A program made the translations under genes and the position numbers. Shown in pieces: positions 41,890-53,635 of a stretch of DNA of 64,000 nucleotides. Position 1 is the first letter of the stretch; each line of letters starts with the position of its first letter. Source of the stretch: an uncultured Verrucomicrobiae bacterium. GTDB taxonomy: Bacteria; Verrucomicrobiota; Verrucomicrobiia; Chthoniobacterales; Terrimicrobiaceae. Where the stretch lies: NCBI GenBank assembly GCA_963706955.1, contig CAVPOC010000007.1, positions 32,001 through 96,000 on the forward strand, given 5' to 3'. Below the pieces are notes generated by a model that saw only the letters and a list, made by a program, of their open reading frames with translations, did not search any database and was not told the origin of the DNA.

Positions 41890-42677
41890 CGCTGTCCTGC
41901 CGGAAAGAGGATATTGAGGAACATGGTGAGAAAGAAATTGGCGATCAAGATGCAGAGCGAACAGATCACGACGGTTTCGGTGGTGGCGCGTCCGACCCCG
42001 ACGGCACCGTCCTTGGCATTCAAGCCTTCTCGACAGCTGATAAAGACGATGATGTTCGCAAAGACGAATCCTTTGATCAGCGACATCGCGATATCGCTGG
42101 CCTCGGTAAACTTCTGCATATTGTTGACGAAGTAGACCCCTTCGATATTGAGCACATGCACGGCGACGAGGTAAGAGGCGAGGATCCCGCAACCGACAGA
42201 TTCGACCACCAATAAGGGCATGGAAATCAACATCGCCAAGGCCCGCGGAACCACCAGGTAGTCCACCGGGTGAACCGCGAGCGCACGCAGCGCATCGATC
42301 TGTTGGGTCACCTTCATGGTCCCAATTTCCGCACTCATGGCAGCGCCAACTCGTCCTGCGACCATCAAGCCCGTCAAGACGGGGCCCAACTCGCGGAACA
42401 TCGATAAAGTGACCACCGGACCCACCGCCGTCTCCATGTTCAAGCTGGCAAATTGAAAGTAGGCCTGCGCGGTAAACACCGCCCCGGTAAATGCCCCCGT
42501 GACAACGACGATGAGCTGGGATCCGTATCCGATTTCAGCGATCTGCAGCAGCGTCAGCCTAAAACGAATCCGTGCCGCAAAGATCGACCGAAAGGTCTCT
42601 CCAGCCAACAAAGCGACCTGACCCAGGTAGGTGAAGAAACCAAAAAGCCCGCTTTTGACGAGATCGAGCAGGGCCAT
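41886..42677 (-). CDS. mlaE: MlaE-type ABC permease
   Basis: RELGPVLT, AGRVGAAMSAEIGTMKVTQQIDAL, GVGRATT. Confidence 0.9.
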   Translation of the reverse strand: MALLDLVKSGLFGFFTYLGQVALLAGETFRSIFAARIRFRLTLLQIAEIGYGSQLIVVVTGAFTGAVFTAQAYFQFASLNMETAVGPVVTLSMFRELGPVLTGLMVAGRVGAAMSAEIGTMKVTQQIDALRALAVHPVDYLVVPRALAMLISMPLLVVESVGCGILASYLVAVHVLNIEGVYFVNNMQKFTEASDIAMSLIKGFVFANIIVFISCREGLNAKDGAVGVGRATTETVVICSLCILIANFFLTMFLNILFPAGQR

Positions 42678-42711
42678 TCAACGGTGGCTACGAAGCGAAG
42701 AGTCTCTCGCG

Positions 42712-42984
42712 CTAGGCGGCGGCATTTTCAATCCGCTGCGTACTCTTCTTCGAATTGATCTCTGGCGGCAACTGACCAACGAATTTTGCTTCTAAGCCAG
42801 TTTTGATAAAGACGGACTTCAGGGTGGAAAGCGTTGGAACACTTTCGGTGAACTCCATATATACAATGTCGTGATTGGTGTCCACCTTGTAGCGAAGGCC
42901 GGCAATCACGTCCAACTCCAGGGCGAGCGCCATCATCTTCTCGGGATTACGCACACCGGCGGCATACACCTCAAGTTCGATCAT
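42712..42984 (-). CDS. Small hypothetical protein (about 90 aa)
   Basis: MIELEVYAAGVR... fills the gap upstream of mlaE in the same orientation; protein-like composition. Confidence 0.6.
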   Translation of the reverse strand: MIELEVYAAGVRNPEKMMALALELDVIAGLRYKVDTNHDIVYMEFTESVPTLSTLKSVFIKTGLEAKFVGQLPPEINSKKSTQRIENAAA

Positions 42985-43124
42985 GCCAGAATGCTTCGTC
43001 GGCGGCCGGTCAAAATCAAGGCACAATTTGAAGGAGAGGATTAGACGCTCTCCAATCTGTCGAATTGTGCGGTTTGCCTTTGCGAGGGTCGCGGTTATCG
43101 GGTAGATCGGTCCGCCGTCTAGTC

Positions 43125-46350
<3,226 letters not shown>

Positions 46351-46405
46351 CTCCACCGTCTTAGCGAGCGTGCCATGCTTGCAGGCATTGCGCGGCGTAT
46401 TTGTT

Positions 46406-46463
46406 TTAGCGGCGATGTCCTCATCGCCGGAGTGATCTTCGGCGGCGGGGACGCCGCCGCTAC
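46406..46463. repeat. REP doublet, family A
   Basis: TTAG-CGGCGATG-TCCT-CATCGCCG, 10-nt spacer, CGGCGGCG-GGGA-CGCCGCCG-CTAC; lies between convergent genes. Confidence 0.88.
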
Positions 46464-46503
46464 AGCAAATGAGCGATTCGACGTTGAATGATGTTGGCCA
46501 CCT

Positions 46504-46995
46504 TCAGGGTTCCACCAGCAGGGAGGCGCGGACGACCGCCAACTCTGCCTCTTCCATCAGGCGCCGCGTCACCGACCGTAATCGCTTGCTGAGAACCGAC
46601 GCCAGGCTGATGACGAGTTGCATGCCGGCTTGAGGATAATTGTTGATAAACTCCTCGAGATTCGGGCGGCTAATCGCCCAATATTGAACTCGCTCGACAA
46701 CGATCACCGAGCACATGGCGCTGACGGGGTCAAAGAGATCCACTTCGCCCACCCATTCCCCACTGCGAATCGTCCCAAGCAATACCTCCCGGTCCCCGTC
46801 ACGACGAACGGCATGAAGCAGACCACTGAGGATAAAGAAGAGGCGACCCTGCGAATCACCCTGCGTGATCAACACCTCGCGCTGATCGGCCAGGTGAAAG
46901 TCGCCGTATGAACTGCAAATGCCTCGTTCTTCGTCCGACAGCGTAGCCACCGGACCCACGGCGGGAAGATAGGGACCTTCAAGTTCCTCAGGCAT
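46504..46995 (-). CDS. Cyclic nucleotide-binding domain protein (no HTH)
   Basis: LITQGD, LFFILSG, GEWVGEVDL pattern typical of cNMP domains. Confidence 0.75.
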   Translation of the reverse strand: MPEELEGPYLPAVGPVATLSDEERGICSSYGDFHLADQREVLITQGDSQGRLFFILSGLLHAVRRDGDREVLLGTIRSGEWVGEVDLFDPVSAMCSVIVVERVQYWAISRPNLEEFINNYPQAGMQLVISLASVLSKRLRSVTRRLMEEAELAVVRASLLVEP

Positions 46996-47254
46996 GCGGC
47001 AGAAACTACAGCATCTATCGGAAAATCACTTCCGAAAAGCTCATCCTCCTCCATGTCCGGCCGCCTTCCATTGTCTACACAACCACCTCAGCCAGGGCCG
47101 ACGCTCGAAGGTCGGATCACGCTCCAGGAGCCGACGCTAATCGCTCTTTTCCAGAAGCTTTCATACGCCGAATCGACGCGCGCTGGAAAAACTCTTCTTG
47201 CGCACTGCGGCCGTCGATGTAACTCTAGAAGGTTTACAAAGTTCAAAGAAGAAA

Positions 47255-47515
47255 ATGGCAAAAGCAGAAACGTTCGAGGTCGATACTCTTCGGCTTCATG
47301 AGAAGGATACAGGCAGCGCGGATGTTCAGATAGCGTTGCTGACAAAACGCATTAACGAGCTCACCGAGCATCTCAAGGGTCATGTGAAGGATCACGCTTC
47401 ACGACGGGGGCTTCTCAAGCTGGTGGCTCAGCGCCGCAGTTTACTGGACTACTTAAGGAATACAGCTTCCGACCGGTATCAAACGGTTGTCGAGAAGCTT
47501 GGTTTGCGCAAATAG
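47255..47515 (+). CDS. rpsO: 30S ribosomal protein S15
   Basis: [34 protein letters not shown]; upstream of pnp. Confidence 0.96.
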   Translation: MAKAETFEVDTLRLHEKDTGSADVQIALLTKRINELTEHLKGHVKDHASRRGLLKLVAQRRSLLDYLRNTASDRYQTVVEKLGLRK

Positions 47516-47601
47516 CACTTGCAAGTCGAAGCCCCGCTTCTGGGGCATTCATTTAAAACCGTTTCGGGCTCGCTGTGCCACGAAACGAATTAGGTTAGAT
47601 T

Positions 47602-49731
47602 ATGTCTCATTCCGTTACGGCCACTGTTGGCCAAACCTCCATCACCATTGAAACAGGCAAGCTGGCGCGACTCGCCGATGGTGCAGTTACAATTCGCTCC
47701 GGGGAGACCATTGTTCTCGTCTCCGCTGTTTCCGCGACGACCGTTAAAGAAGGTCAGGATTTCTTTCCACTTACTGTTGATTATCGGGAGAAAGCGGCGG
47801 CGGTTGGAAAATTTCCCGGCGGCTATTTCAAACGAGAAGGGCGTCCTTCGGAGAAGGAGACGCTTACCTGTCGGATGACGGACCGCCCGTTGCGGCCCCT
47901 CTTTCCGAAAGGCTATCTTTACGACACGCAGATTATCGGCGTTCTGCTGAGCGCCGACGGCGAACACGATCCCGATATGCTCTTTATCAATGGTGCCAGT
48001 GCGGCGCTTTGCGTCTCGGACGTTCCGTTTGCCGGGCCCGTGGGTGCGGTTCGCGTCGGCCGTGTTGATGGCGAGTTTATCGTCAATCCGATGCACAGTC
48101 AGCGCGCTACGAGCGACCTAGATCTTGTCTACGTGGGAACAGAGGACCAGGTGGTAATGATTGAAGGCGAAGCCAAAGAGATTTCTGAGGCCGACTTCGT
48201 CGCGGCGTTGGCTTTCGCGCATGAAGAGGTCCGCCACCTCATCGCCGCGCAACAGGAACTGATGGTCGCCGCTGGAAAACCAAAGCGCCAGGCAGCGCTC
48301 TTCGTTGTTCCTGACGAACTTCTCGAGATCGCCTATCGCGTCGCCGGCGATCGCATCGAAGCGGCGCTCTACACTCCCAGCAAGGTCGCTCGGCAAAAAG
48401 CGGTCGAGGCGCTCAGAGATGAGGTCGACGCGGCCATCCTGGAAACCTATCCCGAAGCGACGAAGTTCGAGATCAGCCAGGCTTTTGATTACCTGCAGAA
48501 GAAAGCGTTTCGGATCAGTATTCTCGACAAGAAGATCCGGTGTGATGGACGCAGCTACGAGCAAATCCGTCCCCTGAGCGCCGAGACAGGCCTTCTTCCC
48601 AGAAGTCACGGCAGCGCCCTTTTTCAACGGGGCGAAACCCAAGCCATCTGCCTGGCGACGCTGGCGCCTGCCGATGAAGCTCAAGAGCTCGACGGCTATA
48701 CGGGCGGAGAAACCAGTAAGCGCTTTATCCTCCACTATAACTTTCCGCCGTTCAGTGTCGGTGAAACTGGCCGCACGGGCAGCCCTGGCCGCCGGGAGAT
48801 CGGCCATGGAGCGCTTGCCGAGCGGAGCATCGCGCCGGTCATTCCTGAGGTCAGTGAATTCCCCTATGCCATTCGTGTGAGCAGCGAGATCATGGAATCG
48901 AACGGCTCGAGCTCCATGGCCAGCGTCTGCGCCGGTGTTCTCGCGCTGATGGATGCAGGTGTTCCCATCAGCAAGCCGGTCGGCGGGATCAGCTGCGGGC
49001 TCGTCACTGAATTCAGTGGCGACGTGATTTCGCGCTATACGTTGCTAACGGACATTATTGGCAGCGAGGATTACTTCGGCGATATGGACTTCAAGTTATG
49101 CGGCACGGAAAGCGGCATCACAGGCTTCCAACTTGACCTCAAGCTTGCCGGAATTCCGCTCAAGCTTATGGAGGAAGCGATTTATCGCGCCCGAGACGCG
49201 CGTTTCGAAGTGCTCAAGGTGATGAATCTCGCTCTCGACGCTCCGCGCGCCGAGTTAAGCCCATACGCGCCCCGGATTGAGACCATTCGGATCAAGCCGG
49301 ACAAGATTGGACTGGTCATTGGCCCAGGCGGCAAGACGATCAAAGGGATCGTGGCGGAGACTGGCGCAGAAATTAATATCGAAGATGATGGTTCGATTCA
49401 TATCTATTCGAGCAGCGGTGAGAGCCTCAAACGAGCCAAGGAAATTATCCTGGGCATGACCAAAGAAATTGCCGTTGGTGAAGTCTACCAGGGGACCGTT
49501 GTCTCAACCAAAGAGTTCGGCGCCTTCGTCGAAGTTCTTCCCGGCAAGGACGGCCTTTGTCACATTTCGGAGCTCGCCGACTTTCGTGTGAACAGGACCG
49601 AGGACGTTGTCAAAGTCGGCGATACCATCTGGGTTAAATGTATCGGTGTCGACGACAAGGGACGCGTCAAACTCAGCCGCAAGGCTGCCATGAAAGATCG
49701 CGACGCCAAGGCGGCCGGACTCGCTGCCTAG
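47602..49731 (+). CDS. pnp: Polyribonucleotide nucleotidyltransferase
   Basis: DFFPLTVDY, DRPLRPLFP, RREIGHG, ESNGSSSMAS, GDMDFK, KH and S1 domains. Confidence 0.97.
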   Translation: MSHSVTATVGQTSITIETGKLARLADGAVTIRSGETIVLVSAVSATTVKEGQDFFPLTVDYREKAAAVGKFPGGYFKREGRPSEKETLTCRMTDRPLRPLFPKGYLYDTQIIGVLLSADGEHDPDMLFINGASAALCVSDVPFAGPVGAVRVGRVDGEFIVNPMHSQRATSDLDLVYVGTEDQVVMIEGEAKEISEADFVAALAFAHEEVRHLIAAQQELMVAAGKPKRQAALFVVPDELLEIAYRVAGDRIEAALYTPSKVARQKAVEALRDEVDAAILETYPEATKFEISQAFDYLQKKAFRISILDKKIRCDGRSYEQIRPLSAETGLLPRSHGSALFQRGETQAICLATLAPADEAQELDGYTGGETSKRFILHYNFPPFSVGETGRTGSPGRREIGHGALAERSIAPVIPEVSEFPYAIRVSSEIMESNGSSSMASVCAGVLALMDAGVPISKPVGGISCGLVTEFSGDVISRYTLLTDIIGSEDYFGDMDFKLCGTESGITGFQLDLKLAGIPLKLMEEAIYRARDARFEVLKVMNLALDAPRAELSPYAPRIETIRIKPDKIGLVIGPGGKTIKGIVAETGAEINIEDDGSIHIYSSSGESLKRAKEIILGMTKEIAVGEVYQGTVVSTKEFGAFVEVLPGKDGLCHISELADFRVNRTEDVVKVGDTIWVKCIGVDDKGRVKLSRKAAMKDRDAKAAGLAA

Positions 49732-50867
49732 TGCAGTCTAACGCATTGATATAAGATACGCGAGGTGTCAGAGTCAATGAGTGAACGACAAGAAAGTAGT
49801 GATTAGTCCGCGTGAACGCAGAGAACTGAGCCGGCGGGTTCGGTCTCGAACGATAGGAGCCGAGGATGCCCCACGCGCTCAAGTTATTCTTGCGCTGGGC
49901 TCGGGGCTTGGAGTGAGTGCGGTAGCAGGCATGCGTAGGTGTAGTTCCTCTTATGTGCAGCGCTGGAGAGAGCGTTTTATGGCAAGCCGTCTGGCGGGAC
50001 TGGTGGCCCGTCATCAAGGTCGCAAACTGCGGCACGATGCCGCGAAGCTTGAGGCACGCATTTTGGAGTGGACCCGACGTGGCGCTCAGGACGGAACCAC
50101 CGACTGGAGCAGCCGTCGGTTGGCCGTCGCGCTTGGCACCAATCACATGACCGTTTCGCGGGTTTGGGCTCGGCACGGCCTTCAACCTTACCGGTTGCGC
50201 CGTTACATGCTGAGCGAGGATCGCGACTTCGAGAAGAAGGCCGCCGACATTATCGGCCTTTATCTGAACCCTCCTGATCACGCCGCCGTCTTTTGCGTAG
50301 ACGAAAAGACTGCAATCTAAGCCCTGGACCGCCTGGATCCGGTGCTGCCCCTTTCTCCCGGCAGAGCCGAGGCTCACGGTTTTGAGTATTACCGCCATGG
50401 AACTCTTTCTCTTTACGCGGCTCTTAATACGCGAAGCGGAGAAATCCTTGGTAAGACGGCTCAACGCCATACGAGCACGGAGTGCGACGACTTTCTTGCC
50501 CAAGTGATGGCCTCTCAGCCCCTCGGACGTCAGATCTACGTCATCGCTGATAATCTCTCGGCCCATAAAACCAAACTCGTCGATGACTTTCTGGCTTATC
50601 ATTTTTAAGTTTGTATTTATTTTATGTTTATTTATTTTTTTTGGTTTAATTAAGTCGAAATCTGGTTCGCCAAAGTTTGAGAGCGCGCGAGATCAAGGTC
50701 ATAGAGCAGAGCGCATCGCACATCTTCGGCTCGCCGGTCTATGGCTGAGGCTTATGCGTTACATCAAGGCGTTACATCGAGACGGATACTACAATCTAAA
50801 GGGTGCTAACTATGTAGAAAACCATACGAACCTATAGCGTGAGATCGTTCAACTGTTACAGCTGCAC
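49731..50867 (+). mobile_element. IS630-family insertion sequence (decayed), about 1.14 kb
   Basis: Imperfect terminal inverted repeats GTGCAGTCTAACGCATTGA ... TCAACTGTTACAGCTGCAC, flanked by duplicated TA (49729-30, 50868-69) in CTAG context. Confidence 0.85.
49781..50780 (+). pseudogene. IS630 DDE transposase pseudogene
   Basis: WSSRRLA, DIIGLYLNPP, CVDEKTAI*ALDR, YYRHGTLSLYAAL, IADNLSAHK, VEIWFAK, LMRYIKA; in-frame stops at 50318, 50606, 50651 and a scrambled 3' end. Confidence 0.88.
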
Positions 50868-50914
50868 TAGTACGCGGATAGTTTGTAAGAACTACAAGCC
50901 GCAATCGACGAGCT

Positions 50915-51207
50915 GTAGGGGCACTTGCGTCAAGCGCCCAGCGAATCCAGAGGCGCTTGGCACAAGCGCCTTCTCCCATGACTGAATGGTCCACAGATTA
51001 CACCGATTAACACGGATTATGGTTTGGGCGTGAAGAGCGATGAACCTGCCAAGTTCGACAATACTCTGCCAGCCGCGAATCGTAAAAAGCCCGGAAAGCC
51101 AATCGCTGAATGACTCTTACCGCTGCCGTCAGCGATTTGCCGAAGTCATCTATGTCGATCTGCGAAACCTGTGGATTTCTTTCGTCAGGCGCTTGGCACA
51201 AGCGCCT
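50915..51207. repeat. Second REP-like palindrome family (B), three copies
   Basis: GTAG-GGGCACTTG-CGT-CAAGCGCCC (50915-50939); exact 21-nt AGGCGCTTG-GCA-CAAGCGCCT at 50951-50971 and 51187-51207. Confidence 0.75.
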
Positions 51208-51277
51208 CCATAAATTTTCGTATTTCGTAGCGGGAAATATTATAACTTAACACATCTGCGGATGGCGGGGTGCATCC

Positions 51278-51331
51278 GTCGCGACCGTGTCACCACGGTC
51301 GAGGGCACGGCGGTGAGGACACCGCCGCTAC
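51278..51331. repeat. REP doublet, family A, immediately upstream of the RAYT-like gene
   Basis: GTCG-CGACCGTG-TCAC-CACGGTCG, 6-nt spacer, CGGCGGTG-AGGA-CACCGCCG-CTAC. Confidence 0.9.
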
Positions 51332-51349
51332 AACTTAAAGCGCCCGCGA

Positions 51350-51634
51350 GTGCCCAATCGACCACCGCGCCTTAAGGTCTTTCAACGTTATGACCTGCCG
51401 TTGTTTTTCGTGACGTCCAGCACGCACAAACGGAAATCACTTCTGGCCAATCAGACAGTCCACGACATCTTCATCGCCTATTGTGAAAAAGGATCACTCC
51501 GCGGGGCAGGTGTTGGCCGGTATGTGTTGATGCCCGACCACATTCATCTTTTACAAGATGGCTGCGGGGGAACGCAAGAATGCATACGCGACCTGATGGC
51601 CGGGTACGTCGCTGTGGTCTTTGAGAAGTCGTAA
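51350..51634 (+). pseudogene. REP-associated tyrosine transposase (RAYT/TnpA-REP, Y1 HUH), 3'-truncated
   Basis: LFFVTSSTHKRK and GRYVLMPDHIHL (HUH) motifs; similarity stops after about 51550 and I see no WQ..F.DH or Y...NP catalytic segment in any frame. Confidence 0.78.
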
Positions 51635-51790
51635 GTGCGCAGATTCAAGAGGCCGTCTCGTTAAAAATCACGCGTTCAACTAGAACGTGGCTTGCGCTCC
51701 GGCCCCGGTGGCAAGTGTGACGAGAACGTTACAATTCCCGTCTTTGAGGCAGGCGTGTTGTCGGCAAGTCTCCGTGGCCTTGTCTCAACT

Positions 51791-53260
51791 ATGAATCCAA
51801 ATTTATTGCTCCATAAGCTGGCCGGAAGGGTCGTCGCCACGCTCGCTGCAATCGTGATCATGGGTCACGCTCATGCTGCTTTCTACGACAGACCCGTGAC
51901 CGGGGCTCCTCCACCGCAGCCATCGTCGGAACCGTGGTTTGAACAATGGTGGAACGGAAAATACGCCAGCGGAAATTGGTTCGGCGTTCGCGACACCCTT
52001 GAGGATCGTGGTCTGAAGCTCGGCGGAAGGTGGATCGGAGTCTACTATGGGGTCGTTGACGGTGGCAGACCGGGTTTTCGAGGCAGCTACTTCGACGAGG
52101 AAATCAAATTTACTGGAGAACTCGACTTCGCCAAGGCGACCGGTTGGGAACCGCTGGAGGGCCTCAGGGGCTTTGGTGAAGTGCGCTGGCGCGACGGGTT
52201 AAATCCTAACCAGCGGGTTGGCGCCTCGGGCAACTTCCAGCCCTCTCATTTTCAATCCGGTAAACAGTGGCGCTTGATGACCTTCGGTCTCACCTACTTG
52301 ACTCCGGAGCTCTTCGGCACCAAGGAGTTTTTGACTCTAACCGGCGGTTGGATTCAGCCGCAGAAAGAATTCATCGATCAGCCCCTTTCGAAGCAATTCG
52401 TGAACAATTCTTTTGAAAGCTCGAAGGGGATTGGAGCGAACATTCCCTTCTCATCCAGCTTCACAACCTGGGGTGGCACCCTAAGGATCAAACCGGTCGA
52501 ATGGCATTATATCAAGGGAGGTCTTTTCATGTCGTATCCGCAGGCCACTTCAACCGATAATCATGGATTGGCCTTCGAAGGTTTCGGACCTGACCCAAGC
52601 CAAAACGGATTGTTCGCGATTGGAGAGATCGGATTCACTCCAAAAATCGGTCCCTCGAAACTTCCCGGTAAGTACGCCTTCGGTGGATACTACTACGAAG
52701 AGGAAAATACTTCCTTTTTCGGAACAGACTACAATGGGCGCTACGGATTCTATTGGCAGGTGGATCAGATGCTTTTTCGCGAGCCCTCCCCCGAAGCCCC
52801 CGCTCCGTTGGCCAAAGGTCCTTCAGACGGAAAATCGACGATGGACGGAAAGTCAGGCAAGGAAATAGAGGAGCCGGTTGTCGAGAAAAAGCCCAAACTC
52901 TCGGAGCAGGGTCTCTATTTCTTCAGCCTGTTCACCTACTCTCCGAAATACAACAACATCCTGCCGTTTTACTTTCACACCGGACTTGTCTATAGAGGCT
53001 TAATCCCGACGCGAGACAACGACCAACTGATGGCTGCGTTTAGCTTTGGTCAATACAGCTTCTACAATATCGAATCCCTCCAGCAACGAGGCAATGTCAA
53101 TCAGCCTAATTACACGGGCGTCCTCGAGGTAGACTATCGCATTCAATTGAACAAATGGGCCTACCTTCAGCCTTACCTCCAATACATCATTCAACCCAAT
53201 GGGACTGGTGCCATTGAGAATGCGACCATCCTCGGAGTGATGGCCGGGGTCATCTTTTGA
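51791..53260 (+). CDS. Carbohydrate-selective porin (OprB family)
   Basis: Signal peptide, GNWFGVRDTLEDRG, LPGKYAFG, EVDYRIQL, QPYLQYIIQP, terminal Phe. Confidence 0.85.
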   Translation: MNPNLLLHKLAGRVVATLAAIVIMGHAHAAFYDRPVTGAPPPQPSSEPWFEQWWNGKYASGNWFGVRDTLEDRGLKLGGRWIGVYYGVVDGGRPGFRGSYFDEEIKFTGELDFAKATGWEPLEGLRGFGEVRWRDGLNPNQRVGASGNFQPSHFQSGKQWRLMTFGLTYLTPELFGTKEFLTLTGGWIQPQKEFIDQPLSKQFVNNSFESSKGIGANIPFSSSFTTWGGTLRIKPVEWHYIKGGLFMSYPQATSTDNHGLAFEGFGPDPSQNGLFAIGEIGFTPKIGPSKLPGKYAFGGYYYEEENTSFFGTDYNGRYGFYWQVDQMLFREPSPEAPAPLAKGPSDGKSTMDGKSGKEIEEPVVEKKPKLSEQGLYFFSLFTYSPKYNNILPFYFHTGLVYRGLIPTRDNDQLMAAFSFGQYSFYNIESLQQRGNVNQPNYTGVLEVDYRIQLNKWAYLQPYLQYIIQPNGTGAIENATILGVMAGVIF

Positions 53261-53282
53261 TTTAGATCATCGCGGGGAAACG

Positions 53283-53316
53283 ACCGCCGCCGAGCAATGA
53301 TTTGTCCGGCGGCGGT
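53283..53316 (+). terminator. Putative intrinsic terminator after the porin gene
   Basis: ACCGCCGCCG ... CGGCGGCGGT 10-bp stem followed by T-rich sequence. Confidence 0.5.
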
Positions 53317-53635
53317 TTCGCTCTTTGTTGAGCTCCTGGCATCTTCCAGGCAAACTGGCGAACTCGCTTTTAACTCGCGCCGGTTTGCCAAAAACGTGGG
53401 CGTTACCGCTCACATCCAAGGGGCACGGCGAGGGCCGGGCCGAAAGGATTTGACACAAATGATCGTGGCGCTTTCAATCAATCATTCCCCGTCCGGTCCA
53501 TGCGTCCACATCCTGCATGCTCCTCCAATGACAGCAATGAAGCACACACGGCCCGGTCGAATCGCTCGACCCTTCAGTGAAGCACGCAACGAGTAAGTGA
53601 ATCGCGTTCCGCCTTCCACGGCAATCCCTCAAGCA

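Noticed and set aside
47528..47587. Hairpins between rpsO and pnp as terminator or RNase III site
   Set aside because: Stems are short and imperfect; plausible by analogy to enterobacteria but not demonstrable here
50601..50655. Diversity-generating retroelement variable region or simple AT-rich terminator
   Set aside because: No reverse transcriptase or template repeat in the window, changes are C->T rather than at adenines, and the tract decodes in frame to a transposase motif with no GC stem
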